Origin: Glaciecola sp.
GTDB lineage: Bacteria; Pseudomonadota; Gammaproteobacteria; Enterobacterales; Alteromonadaceae
DNA: 64,000 nt
Reading direction: 5' to 3'
Assembly (NCBI GenBank): GCA_034112105.1
Contig: JAWUVZ010000096.1
Span: 4,429-68,428 of the forward strand
The notes beneath the pieces are model-generated. The model did not search any database. It worked only from the letters and a program-made list of their open reading frames with translations, and was not told the DNA's origin. Position 1 is the stretch's first letter, and each line of letters begins with the position of its first letter. Of the stretch, positions 30,344-40,305 are shown one piece after another. The translations under genes were made by a program, and so were the position numbers.

Positions 30344-31570
30344 TTGAACACTCAAGAATTTATTCAAATCCGTCGTTTCATATTGAAACTGGGCAAAATG
30401 TTGCACAAGTATGGAACGCCCGCATTTCGACTAGAAGCATACTTGCTAGAAGTCGCTAGCTATTTAGGTGTTTATGCGTCGTTTATAGCAACGCCAACCT
30501 CTATTACTTTTGTCATTTGGAGTGATAAACACGAAGACGAATATAATCATGCGGCGCGCCTTCAACCTGGCGATTTGGACATGAATGCCTTATCGCTTAC
30601 CGACGAATTAGCAAATGCACTGTTGTCTGGGGAAGTGAGTCTAACGGAGGCTGATATCCGTTTGGACGCAATAAATGAGATGCCAAGTCCCTACGGAAAG
30701 GTAATTACCGGTTTAGCATTTTCTTTGGCTACAGGTTCGTTTTCAATGTTGATGGGAGCAAGTCTCGCAGAGATATTCTGGGCTGGTTTACTGGGTTTTG
30801 TCTCCTACCTATGGATTTTATGGTCACAAAAATCAAAGCGCGTAAATTTAATGCTCGAACCAGTAACTTCATTTGCTGCCGGTATTTTAGCATGCGCTAT
30901 AAGCCGCTATTTAGATCCTGGTATTAACATTCCGTTGATGGTGCTTTCTGCCGTTATCGTATTGGTGCCCGGTTTAGCACTTACCATGGGCTTGGCAGAG
31001 CTTTCGTCGAGAAATCTGGTGTCAGGAACGGCGCGGATCATGGACGCAATTATGCAATTGTTTAAACTCTACTTTGGTGCATTCTTAGGCGTTGGTGTTG
31101 GTTTTACTTTATTTGGTGAGAACCAGTTCGAACCCGCCGCTTCTTTGCCATATTGGGCTACATGGTTGGCTGTTGGTTTGTTGTGTTTCGCACTAGTACC
31201 TATTTTCAGAACACGACTTAAGCACATTCATTGGGCCTTAATGTCGGCTTTTATCGCTTATGGCGTGACGGTTTTTAGTTCTCATTATATAGATCAAACC
31301 TTTGGCACATTCTTAGGGGCATTTGCGCTTGGTGTTTTTGCTAATGCATTTGGGAGAATAGCGAATCAACCCTCAACCATTGTCGCTATGCATGGCTTGA
31401 TTGTGCTGGTCCCAGGTTCCAAAACTTATATCGGCTTGAATTCGTTTATATCAGGCCAAGACTTTGTACAAGCGTCGCATGTTGGACCAGAAGTATTTTT
31501 GATATTTATGTCTTTGGTGGCGGGATTAATATTTGCCAATGTCGTAATGCCAACCAGAAAAGCACTTTAG
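30344..31570 (+). CDS. ThrE family threonine/serine exporter (fused two-domain form)
   Basis: LHKYGTPAFRLE, IVLVPGLALT, LVSGTAR, LIVLVPGS; about 10 TM helices; TTG start inferred. Confidence 0.85.
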   Translation: MNTQEFIQIRRFILKLGKMLHKYGTPAFRLEAYLLEVASYLGVYASFIATPTSITFVIWSDKHEDEYNHAARLQPGDLDMNALSLTDELANALLSGEVSLTEADIRLDAINEMPSPYGKVITGLAFSLATGSFSMLMGASLAEIFWAGLLGFVSYLWILWSQKSKRVNLMLEPVTSFAAGILACAISRYLDPGINIPLMVLSAVIVLVPGLALTMGLAELSSRNLVSGTARIMDAIMQLFKLYFGAFLGVGVGFTLFGENQFEPAASLPYWATWLAVGLLCFALVPIFRTRLKHIHWALMSAFIAYGVTVFSSHYIDQTFGTFLGAFALGVFANAFGRIANQPSTIVAMHGLIVLVPGSKTYIGLNSFISGQDFVQASHVGPEVFLIFMSLVAGLIFANVVMPTRKAL

Positions 31571-31738
31571 TTGCGTTTTATATAACATTAACAATGCTTT
31601 TCCTCTCTACTATTCATGGAACTAAGGCCACACGATTAACTAAATAAAGTGTGCTTGTATACAACGCCATCCTATATTGGAGCTAGCGATGAGCCATCTT
31701 GGTTCGTAATAAGTTCGCAAAAAATTAGGAACCAACTT

Positions 31739-32650
31739 ATGTCACAAAATAATGCATTAACGTATTCTGGTAAGACAACACTTATTTCTGGAGCCGCAGG
31801 TGGCATAGGGTTCGCGTTAGCGAAAGAATTTGGTGAGTTGGGCATGAACGTGGTGATTGCCGATATTGACGAAGCGGCCCTAGCGAGTGCTAAAAAGCAA
31901 TTAGAATCGTTGAATATTAAGGTCTTGGCCTGCAAGTTAGATGTCACCGATTTTACTCAGTGGCAAGCTTGTGTTGAGCAAACTTTAGCCGCTTTTGGCA
32001 AACTGCATATGGTTGTAAATAATGCGGGGGTAGGCGGTGTTCCTGGAAAAATTGAGCAGGCTGACCACGACATATGGCGCTGGGTTGTTGATGTCAACTT
32101 GATGGGAGTAGTATATGGCGCTCAAGTCGCTATACCTGAAATAAAACGCCATGGTGAAGGTGGCTGGATTATCAATGTTGCGTCAATGGCCGGTATGATG
32201 GGGGTTCCTTATGCAAGTTCTTATTCCGCTACAAAAGCAGCCGTTGTGTCGTTGACCGAAAGTTGGGCCGTGGAATTAAAATCACATAATATTCACGTTT
32301 CAGCGTTGTGCCCGGCCTTTGTAAAAACTCGTATTCATGAGTCAATGCGCAATAAACAAGATAAATATAAGTCGTCTAAGGAATCCCAAGAAATTACGCC
32401 TGCCGATAAACAGCGCCACAAGAAAAATGTTGGTCAAGCAGCTGCTCTTGTCGAGTCAGGTATTGCTCCAGAGCTGCTTGCCAAGCGTGTTGTTGAAGCT
32501 CTTAATTCAGGGCAAATGTATATATTTACCCACCCTAACTACAAAGAAGTCGCCGGCTACAGAGCGGCAATGATTGGTAAGGCGTTTGACGATGCTCAGC
32601 AAAGTGAGTTAGTTAAACACCTCATTGATGATGACATAGTTAGTTTGTAA
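31739..32650 (+). CDS. Short-chain dehydrogenase/reductase
   Basis: SGAAGGIG, NNAG, ASMAG, YSATK (YxxxK); AGGA RBS before ATG at 31739. Confidence 0.92.
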   Translation: MSQNNALTYSGKTTLISGAAGGIGFALAKEFGELGMNVVIADIDEAALASAKKQLESLNIKVLACKLDVTDFTQWQACVEQTLAAFGKLHMVVNNAGVGGVPGKIEQADHDIWRWVVDVNLMGVVYGAQVAIPEIKRHGEGGWIINVASMAGMMGVPYASSYSATKAAVVSLTESWAVELKSHNIHVSALCPAFVKTRIHESMRNKQDKYKSSKESQEITPADKQRHKKNVGQAAALVESGIAPELLAKRVVEALNSGQMYIFTHPNYKEVAGYRAAMIGKAFDDAQQSELVKHLIDDDIVSL

Positions 32651-32755
32651 GTTTACTTTAATAATCATTAAGATGGCTGTTACAGTGCAATAGTAGATAA
32701 TTTGTTAGCATCAACATGATGATATTAAACATCAGAATCTTTGCTTGAGGGCGTT

Positions 32756-33496
32756 ATGGCAGAAACAAAATGGGATCCGGTTAAGTACAACCAAGTGGCT
32801 GATTTTGTAAGTAAGCTTGGTGAACCTTTATTAGTGCTGCTTGAACCTAAATTATCGGACTCTATTTTAGATTTAGGCTGCGGCGATGGCAGTCTGACCG
32901 AAAAAATTAAACCGTTATGCAAAAATGTGCTTGGAATAGACGCGAGCGCAGAAATGGTTCTAGCTGCTAAAGCCAAGGGCGTTAATGCTGTTGTTAAGGA
33001 TGCTCATAATTTAGATTTTAATGAACAGTTTGATGGTGTTTTTTCGAATGCAGCTCTGCATTGGATGACAGCACCAAAGGCAGTGCTTAGCGGTATTTAT
33101 CGGGCATTAAAACCACAAGGCCGGTTTGTAGCAGAGTTCGGTGGCTTCGGTAACGCAAGAAAAATAGTTGACGCGCTAACTACGTGTTTAGAACGAGAAG
33201 GTATTGTGTATCAAAATCCATGGTACTTCCCTTCGGCTGAGACATACTCTAATTTATTGGCACAACACGGCTTTTCTGTTGAATATATCGAATTATTTGA
33301 TCGTTTGACGCCCCTACCGGAACACTTAAGTGAATGGTTAGAAGCCTTTGGGCAGGCATTCTTTACAAATGCAGAGATTCAACAAAAAAGACACATCATT
33401 GACGAAGTTACTAATCTATTAAAGCCTGATTTATTTGTAAATGGGCAATGGTATGTCGATTACGTCAGGTTGCGCTTAAAAGCCTTAAAATCATAG
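32756..33496 (+). CDS. Class I SAM-dependent methyltransferase (trans-aconitate methyltransferase-like)
   Basis: ILDLGCGDG, FDGVFSNAALHW, DYVRLR. Confidence 0.88.
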   Translation: MAETKWDPVKYNQVADFVSKLGEPLLVLLEPKLSDSILDLGCGDGSLTEKIKPLCKNVLGIDASAEMVLAAKAKGVNAVVKDAHNLDFNEQFDGVFSNAALHWMTAPKAVLSGIYRALKPQGRFVAEFGGFGNARKIVDALTTCLEREGIVYQNPWYFPSAETYSNLLAQHGFSVEYIELFDRLTPLPEHLSEWLEAFGQAFFTNAEIQQKRHIIDEVTNLLKPDLFVNGQWYVDYVRLRLKALKS

Positions 33497-34108
33497 TGAT
33501 TTAAAGTATTCCTTAATGTTACTCAATGGCAAAACTTGAGCATACTTTGCATGCATATCATGTAAGCTCATCTCATGTGCAGCCTGATTTCGATCCCCAC
33601 ACGCTTCAGGTACAACCGCACACATGAAATTATGTTGCAGAGCATCCACGCATGTCGCGCGCACACAACCCGAAGTAGTTAAACCCGTTATAATGAGGGA
33701 GTCTATTTTAAGCGCTGCTAACTTAGTCGCCAATGTTGTCGAAAAAAAAGCGCTTGGATAGTGTTTCTCAATAATATTGTCGGCGTTGACATATTGGCTA
33801 AACTTGTCGTGAATATCTACCCAACGAGAACCTCTTTGCAATATATTTAATGCCGGCAATCGTTGCCTAAACACGCTCGCTTGTTTTTCATTGTCGTAAA
33901 TAACGGTGCTAAAAAATAAAGGGATTTGCTTATCAATGGCAGCATTGATTAGCTCAAGATTAGCATCGATTTGAGGTTCAAAATTTCCTCCCAAAGGGCT
34001 TTCTTTATCTGTAAAACCGTTGCTAAAATCGACAGCAATTACAGCTGGCCATTTGCCCAACTGTAATTCACCAATAACAAGATCATTATCGATAAGTTTT
34101 ACTGTCAT
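33491..34108 (-). CDS. Isochorismatase-family cysteine amidase (maleamate amidohydrolase / N-carbamoylsarcosine amidase-like)
   Basis: Asp-Lys-Cys triad: AVDF, IEKHYPSAFF, GLTTSGCVRATCVDA. Confidence 0.88.
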   Translation of the reverse strand: MTVKLIDNDLVIGELQLGKWPAVIAVDFSNGFTDKESPLGGNFEPQIDANLELINAAIDKQIPLFFSTVIYDNEKQASVFRQRLPALNILQRGSRWVDIHDKFSQYVNADNIIEKHYPSAFFSTTLATKLAALKIDSLIITGLTTSGCVRATCVDALQHNFMCAVVPEACGDRNQAAHEMSLHDMHAKYAQVLPLSNIKEYFKSL

Positions 34109-35959
34109 TTAGAACTCGGGTGCTTGCGGAGCGGGTAGCTTGGTTTCTGCCAAACTACGAGCTTTGATATCGGCTATGTCACCGCCAAAATCAAACAATT
34201 TAACATCACCACGGACACTGCTCATTTCTGCTCTTAGCGCTGATGTCGCAGCTTGGTCTATCGACATATCTTCCTTTATTACTACCCCATAAGATCTGGC
34301 GCCTTGAACAGAAACTAATGAACGATTGATGTCATCCAGCACCAACTGAGGCTCGCGTTTGAATGGGTCTCCCCAACCACCGCCACCCCATGTATTAAAG
34401 TACAAAATATCGCCTTTTTTAACCTCAATACCTTCACATTTTGCTGGTAACGTTTCTTCGCTTCCATCTGCTCGTATTAATATTTTGGTTGAGCGCATAC
34501 CGGGGACTCCGCCGTTAACGCCCCAAGGATAGGTTAACCAACGATCATCATGGATCGCTATTTGGCCGTCATTCAAGAAGCGATAGCCTACAGATAGTCC
34601 ATTACCACCACGGTGCAAGCCTGCGCCACCTGAATCCAATATCGCTTCATAATTCTCTACTCTCAGCGGAAAGTAAGCCTCAATGAATTCGTTAGGCACA
34701 TTAGTAAAGCCTGGCCATAGTGAATGGCCATCAGGACCGTCTCCAGCAGGGCGACCTGGAATACCACCAAAGCCGATTTGAAAGAGTTGAAACCATTCGC
34801 CCTTATCATCGTAGCCTGAATAAAATAAATGCGGTGAATCGGAAAAGCCTGCGGCGTTCATTGCCTCGGGTGCACCTTGTCCTAGCAAGCCACCCATGAC
34901 ATCAAATATTCGGCCTAGGGCATGTGTTCTTCCAGAAAGAGCCGCCGGGTAATTTGGCTTCAATAAGCTGCCTTGCGGTATGCGTACGTCCACTAAGTCA
35001 TAAAAACCATCATTGAAGAGTATTTGTGGGTCAACTAAATTAATGGTGAAAGAACCAAAAAACATCTTAAACATTTCTTCATTTAAGTAGAAATTAATGG
35101 AGCTTTTAGCTTGTGGATCGGTACCTTCAAAGTCAAATATTGCTTTAGGTCCTTCACGCCACATTTTACAGCGAATCTTGTACGGTCCTTTACCGACGCC
35201 ATCATCGCACAAGTAATCTTCAAATACGCGAGGCTCTTCAGGCACTAACATATTGATGATTGCAGACATTGCAGTGTGATTTCGTTCTAACATAACTTCC
35301 ATCGTTGAGTAGAAAGTATCATCACCAAATCTATCTGCAATCTCGATAACCCGCTTTGACGCCGTATTGCATGCAGCGACCAATGCGTTTAAATCAAAGC
35401 GGTTCCACTGTGGCGTTCTGACGTTATGTAATATGAGTTCCAACAGGTCTTTCTGCAATACCCCTTTCTTGTACAACTTCGTAGGGGGAATACGGATACC
35501 TTCTTGGAAAATGGTTTCTGCTTTTATTGGAATTGAGCCTGGGACCATTCCGCCATTATCTGACATGTGACCAAACATTGCTGACCAGGCAATATGCCTA
35601 CCTTCACGGAAAATAGGAACAATAACAATCCAATCAGGTAGATGGGATACTGCACCATTGCACATATAAGGGTCGTTAGTTAGCAGCACATCACCTTCTT
35701 CCACTTCGCCTGAAAATGCGTCCATAAACCCATGAATGAAAGAACCAAATTGTCCTACTACCATTTTGCCATCTTTATTCGCAATCATCGGAAAGCAATC
35801 ACCTTGCTCACGAATACCAGGACTCATAGCTGTTCGAAATAAGACCGCGTCCATTTCTTCACGCGCATTTTTTAGTGCGTTTTCAATGATATCAACGGTG
35901 ACAGTGTCGGTATCTACACGATTAAGAGGAGCTGAGTTTGTTTCAATAATTTTATTCAT
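34109..35959 (-). CDS. Hydantoinase B / 5-oxoprolinase beta subunit
   Basis: RTAMSPGIRE, NDPY...HLPD, GHMSDNGG, SGGAGLHRGG, GGGGWGDP. Confidence 0.93.
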   Translation of the reverse strand: MNKIIETNSAPLNRVDTDTVTVDIIENALKNAREEMDAVLFRTAMSPGIREQGDCFPMIANKDGKMVVGQFGSFIHGFMDAFSGEVEEGDVLLTNDPYMCNGAVSHLPDWIVIVPIFREGRHIAWSAMFGHMSDNGGMVPGSIPIKAETIFQEGIRIPPTKLYKKGVLQKDLLELILHNVRTPQWNRFDLNALVAACNTASKRVIEIADRFGDDTFYSTMEVMLERNHTAMSAIINMLVPEEPRVFEDYLCDDGVGKGPYKIRCKMWREGPKAIFDFEGTDPQAKSSINFYLNEEMFKMFFGSFTINLVDPQILFNDGFYDLVDVRIPQGSLLKPNYPAALSGRTHALGRIFDVMGGLLGQGAPEAMNAAGFSDSPHLFYSGYDDKGEWFQLFQIGFGGIPGRPAGDGPDGHSLWPGFTNVPNEFIEAYFPLRVENYEAILDSGGAGLHRGGNGLSVGYRFLNDGQIAIHDDRWLTYPWGVNGGVPGMRSTKILIRADGSEETLPAKCEGIEVKKGDILYFNTWGGGGWGDPFKREPQLVLDDINRSLVSVQGARSYGVVIKEDMSIDQAATSALRAEMSSVRGDVKLFDFGGDIADIKARSLAETKLPAPQAPEF

Positions 35960-35971
35960 TTTGATCTCCTA

Positions 35972-38047
35972 CTATTTATTTGTGTTTGCGTTAACAGGGT
36001 TAATTAGGAGGTTGCCAACAGTATCTACCGTGGCAATATACCCCGGTAAAATAACCGTTGTAGAATCCATTTCACCTACGATGCACGGGCCAGGAACAAC
36101 TAATCCTACAACCATTTTAGCGCGCTCGTAAATAGCCGCCTGATGGTACTGTCCTTCATGATAAATTTTGGTATCGGCAATTTTACATTCGAGTAACGTG
36201 GTATTTCCGGTTATTTGCTTGCTTGCCGGAAGAGCAGTAGCAGCCGCCGATACAATTGCACGAACCATGACAATCTCATGACCTTCATCAAGGGCAAATG
36301 TAAATAGTTGAGTATGTTGCTCGTCAAAGCGGCTAATTAATAGATTAAGACCTTGTGCTTCAAAGTCGGCTTGAGAAATCTCAATAGATAGTTGAAATGC
36401 TTGGCCGGTATAACGAACATCAGCTTGCAAGGTAACTTCTAATTTATCTTTACTGACCCCATCGGAAATCAGCGTTGACGAAGCTTTCTCTGTTAACTCA
36501 TGAAATAGCTTTGCTAGTGACGCTTGGTTTGTATTCTTGATGAGCGTGACATAAGTTTTGGATGCTTCATCTTTTACTACCGTTGTTGCATCACCGTATG
36601 CACACAATACGCCTGGTCCTGGCGGTATGATGGTAGGCCATGAACCTGTCAGAATTCCTAATGCATTTGCATGTAAAGGACCTGCTCCGCCAAAACCAAC
36701 TAGAGCAAAATCTCTAGGGTCAAAGCCTTGCTCAACAGACACCAATCGCAACGCACCAAACATAGCTTCATTAGCAATACGCACAATACCTTCAGCGGCT
36801 TCTTCTACAGAAAGTCCCATTGCATCAGCTACTTTTTTAACGGCTGTTACAGCGGCGGCCTTATCAATTGCCATTTTACCGCCGAGCTGAACGTCTGAGG
36901 GCAAGTAACCTAAAACAACGTTAGCATCGCATACTGTTGGCTCAACGCCACCTTTCATATAAGCAGCTGGGCCCGGCTGAGCGCCGGCTGATTCAGGGCC
37001 TACTCGCAATGCTTTAGTTAACTCAGGGACGAAGGCAAGTGAACCACCACCGGCGCCAACGGTTCTAACGTCTACCGAAGGTGCTCGTACAGTAACATCG
37101 CCTACGCGTGTTTCACGTCGTATGCGAGCTTTTGCATTTTGTATTAAGGCAACGTCGGTTGATGTTCCGCCCATATCAAACGTTAGAATATTGTCATATC
37201 CAGCGGCAGACGCGAAATGTATCGCACCGGATACGCCACCGGCAGGCCCACTCATTAGTAAGTTAACCGGATTATCAGCCGCGGCATTTGCTGAGGCTAA
37301 ACCACCGTCTGAGCGTAAAATCGATAGATGTAAATCTTGGCCCATGGTCTTATGTAAAGACGCTTGAAGATTATCGATGTATCGTGCAACTTGTGGACGA
37401 ACATATGAATTTACTACAGTGGTTTCTGTGCGTTCATACTCTTGCATTTCAGGCACTATGTCACTAGAAATACTAATCGGTATATCGGTGAAGATTGTCG
37501 CTGCAACGGCTTTAGCTTGCTTTTCATGTTCGCCATTAACATAAGCATTAATGAAGCAAATAGTAAGTGCTTCGACTTCACCTTTCGCTTTAAGCTTAAT
37601 TAAATCATTACGAAATGCCTGCTCGTCCAAGGTCTTAACCGTCTTTCCGTCCGCGCCCATTCGTTCATTAGCTTCTATCGTTAATTCTAATGGCGCAAGT
37701 AAAGGCTTCTTAACATAACTTACCCAGCCGCCTAAGCCTCCTGGGCAAAATGAGCGGGCTACTTGCAATACATGCTTGTAGCCTTTAGTTGTAACCAGTC
37801 CAACTTTAGCTCCTTTGCCAGTGAGTACAGCGTTGGTTGCCACTGTCGTTCCATGCATAACACGATTAATTTGTTTTGGATCTATGCCTGATTCTTCGCA
37901 TATTCGTGCAACGCCGTTTAAAACACCAATTGACGAATCTTCTGGTGTAGAGGGAACCTTTGCTGTGTGAGTTTCACCGTTGCTTTCGTTGATCAATAAA
38001 AGGTCTGTAAAAGTACCTCCAACATCAACGCCTAATCGATAACTCAT
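35972..38047 (-). CDS. Hydantoinase A / 5-oxoprolinase alpha (ATP-binding) subunit
   Basis: GVDVGGTFTD, HGTTVATNA, SGPAGGV, DMGGTSTD, GAGGGS, FGGAGPLHA. Confidence 0.95.
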   Translation of the reverse strand: MSYRLGVDVGGTFTDLLLINESNGETHTAKVPSTPEDSSIGVLNGVARICEESGIDPKQINRVMHGTTVATNAVLTGKGAKVGLVTTKGYKHVLQVARSFCPGGLGGWVSYVKKPLLAPLELTIEANERMGADGKTVKTLDEQAFRNDLIKLKAKGEVEALTICFINAYVNGEHEKQAKAVAATIFTDIPISISSDIVPEMQEYERTETTVVNSYVRPQVARYIDNLQASLHKTMGQDLHLSILRSDGGLASANAAADNPVNLLMSGPAGGVSGAIHFASAAGYDNILTFDMGGTSTDVALIQNAKARIRRETRVGDVTVRAPSVDVRTVGAGGGSLAFVPELTKALRVGPESAGAQPGPAAYMKGGVEPTVCDANVVLGYLPSDVQLGGKMAIDKAAAVTAVKKVADAMGLSVEEAAEGIVRIANEAMFGALRLVSVEQGFDPRDFALVGFGGAGPLHANALGILTGSWPTIIPPGPGVLCAYGDATTVVKDEASKTYVTLIKNTNQASLAKLFHELTEKASSTLISDGVSKDKLEVTLQADVRYTGQAFQLSIEISQADFEAQGLNLLISRFDEQHTQLFTFALDEGHEIVMVRAIVSAAATALPASKQITGNTTLLECKIADTKIYHEGQYHQAAIYERAKMVVGLVVPGPCIVGEMDSTTVILPGYIATVDTVGNLLINPVNANTNK

Positions 38048-38112
38048 AAACTTTTCCTTCTTTTAGTATTTGTTTTAACTAATATTTATGTAAGGTGGCC
38101 AGACTAATGAAT

Positions 38113-39018
38113 TTAACTAGTCTTAGGGTATTGTTTGCGTAACCATGTTTTTGTATTCCCCCCGCGGGCAGTCTGCGTTAATTCAACAGCCAGATCTGAC
38201 GCCTCTAATAATGTCAGCATGTCTATGCCGGTCTTGTAGCCCATTTGTTCACACATCATTACGACATCTTCTGTTGCTACATTACCACTGGCGCCTGGAG
38301 CAAAAGGACAGCCACCTAAACCTGCGATTGATGCGTCAAAACGTCGAATACCCGCCTCTAGCGCTGCATATAAATTTGCTAAGCCCATTGCGCGGGTATC
38401 ATGAAAGTGGCAAGAAAAAACATCTGAACCGAATTGTTTTACTAACTGGTTCATTAACGTATTAACTTCTAAGGGGTCTCCAGCACCGATGGTATCTGCA
38501 ATAACTAGCCTAGATGCGCCCAATTCCAGCAAACTGCCAGCCATATCTATGACCTGTTGTGGCGCAATTATTCCTTCAAACGGACACGCCCAAGCAGTAG
38601 CTAAGTATACCTGCACCTCAACTGTAGTATTTTTCGACACATCGATGACGTCTTTAATCATGTTTAAGGTTTGCGCATTATCCATACTGATATTTTTTTC
38701 ATTCATCGTATTCGATGTTGCAACGACTAATGAGGCTAACTTAACGTTATTTTGTTCGGCTAATTCAAATCCTTTCATATTTGGAATTAAGGCTGAATAA
38801 TGGCAATTATTACTTGGAAGTTGTTGGCATATCTTGTCTGTACCTGCCATTGCAGGAACCGCTTTAGGTGATACAAATGCACCTACTTCTATGCCGTCTA
38901 GACCGGCATCGGTTAGTCGCTCGATAAGTTGTAATCGAAGCGCTGGCGTTAATATTTTCTTTTGATTTTGTAAGCCGTCACGTGGTCCTACATCATTAAT
39001 GAAAACATCCTTAATCAT
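38113..39018 (-). CDS. HMG-CoA lyase family (DRE-TIM) acyl-CoA lyase
   Basis: DVGPRDGLQN, HFHDTR, GLGGCPFAPGASGNVATED. Confidence 0.9.
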   Translation of the reverse strand: MIKDVFINDVGPRDGLQNQKKILTPALRLQLIERLTDAGLDGIEVGAFVSPKAVPAMAGTDKICQQLPSNNCHYSALIPNMKGFELAEQNNVKLASLVVATSNTMNEKNISMDNAQTLNMIKDVIDVSKNTTVEVQVYLATAWACPFEGIIAPQQVIDMAGSLLELGASRLVIADTIGAGDPLEVNTLMNQLVKQFGSDVFSCHFHDTRAMGLANLYAALEAGIRRFDASIAGLGGCPFAPGASGNVATEDVVMMCEQMGYKTGIDMLTLLEASDLAVELTQTARGGNTKTWLRKQYPKTS

Positions 39019-40225
39019 TGTTACCTCCCCTTACTGCCCCTTCCGCTATTAACGCATCGATTCGCTCTTGAGACATTTGCAATAGTTCTGACAAAACGGT
39101 TTGTGTATCTTGACCTAATTCAGGTGCAGCTTCGAATGTCTCCTCATTGGTACGTGAGAATTTGATTGGGTTACCGGGTCCTTTGGTAGAGCTACCATTC
39201 GGATGTTTCAATTCTACAACCATATTTCGATGCAATACTTGTTCATCATTTAACGCGTCAGATAAGCTATTTACCGGTGCGCAGGGAATTCGCTTTTCTT
39301 CTAATTGGGAAATCCAATAGGCAGTCGTATTTTGACCTAGTACTGCGTTTAATTTGTCATCGATAAAGTCTTTAGCGGCCCATCTGCCAGGCTGCCCATC
39401 GTACTTAGCGTCATCGAATTCAGGACACTTAACTACTTCATTTAGGTTCTTCCAGAAATTATCCGTAATAATAGCAATAACAATAAATCCATCGGAAGTG
39501 CGGTATGTGTTGTATGGGACGTGTACAAAGTGAGAATTACCGATAGGATAGGGGTCATCACCAGATAAAAAATGCATGGTCGCCATATAATTCAGCATTG
39601 AAACTTGGCAATCAAGCATAGAAATATCTACGTCTTGCCCTTTACCGCTAGTGGCGCGCTCTATAATTGCTGATTGAATACCCATAACAGCAAACATACC
39701 GCCGCCAAGGTCACCAATGGGAATGCCTGCGCGAACAGGGTTATTTTTATCGGTTCCGGTAATTGACATACCCCCGCCAGTGGCTTGAGCAACTTGGTCG
39801 AAAGCAGGCCTTTTATATTTTGGACCGTTACTACCAAAACCAGTGATACTGCAGGTAATGATTCTAGGGTTAATCTTGTTTAACGTTTCATAGTCAATAC
39901 CCAGTCGCTCTGGAACACCAGCCCCGAAATTATTAATAACAACGTCGGACTCTTTGACTAATTCGTAAAACACTTGTTTTCCCGCTGCGCTTTTTAAATC
40001 TATACAAATGCTTTGTTTGTTGCGATTGAGTGTTATGTAGTAAGCACCCATGCCTTCTAGCGAGTTTTTGGGATCGGTTGCTAATAATTTGCGCGTACCT
40101 TCGCCCTGTAATGGCTCCACTTTTATTGTTTCTGCACCTAAGTCGGCAAGTATCATTGCACAGTAGGGGCCAGATAACATATGTGTTAAATCAATAACAC
40201 GTAAACCAGCCAGTGGTTTATTCAT
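39011..40225 (-). CDS. CaiB/BaiF (family III) CoA-transferase
   Basis: PLAGLRVIDLT, LADLGAETIKVE, NRNKQSI, GDLGGG catalytic Asp region; GGAG RBS before ATG at 40225. Confidence 0.93.
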   Translation of the reverse strand: MNKPLAGLRVIDLTHMLSGPYCAMILADLGAETIKVEPLQGEGTRKLLATDPKNSLEGMGAYYITLNRNKQSICIDLKSAAGKQVFYELVKESDVVINNFGAGVPERLGIDYETLNKINPRIITCSITGFGSNGPKYKRPAFDQVAQATGGGMSITGTDKNNPVRAGIPIGDLGGGMFAVMGIQSAIIERATSGKGQDVDISMLDCQVSMLNYMATMHFLSGDDPYPIGNSHFVHVPYNTYRTSDGFIVIAIITDNFWKNLNEVVKCPEFDDAKYDGQPGRWAAKDFIDDKLNAVLGQNTTAYWISQLEEKRIPCAPVNSLSDALNDEQVLHRNMVVELKHPNGSSTKGPGNPIKFSRTNEETFEAAPELGQDTQTVLSELLQMSQERIDALIAEGAVRGGNND

Positions 40226-40305
40226 GATTTTCTCCAATTCAAACATTACTTTGGATGTTAGGCTTGAAGTGCTTAGTAACACTCCAAGCCGCATTCCACG
40301 ATTGC

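Noticed and set aside
38113-39018. Leucine catabolism liuE/hmgL assignment
   Set aside because: No other liu genes are adjacent; the CoA-transferase and hydantoinase context suggests a different substrate, so no gene symbol was given
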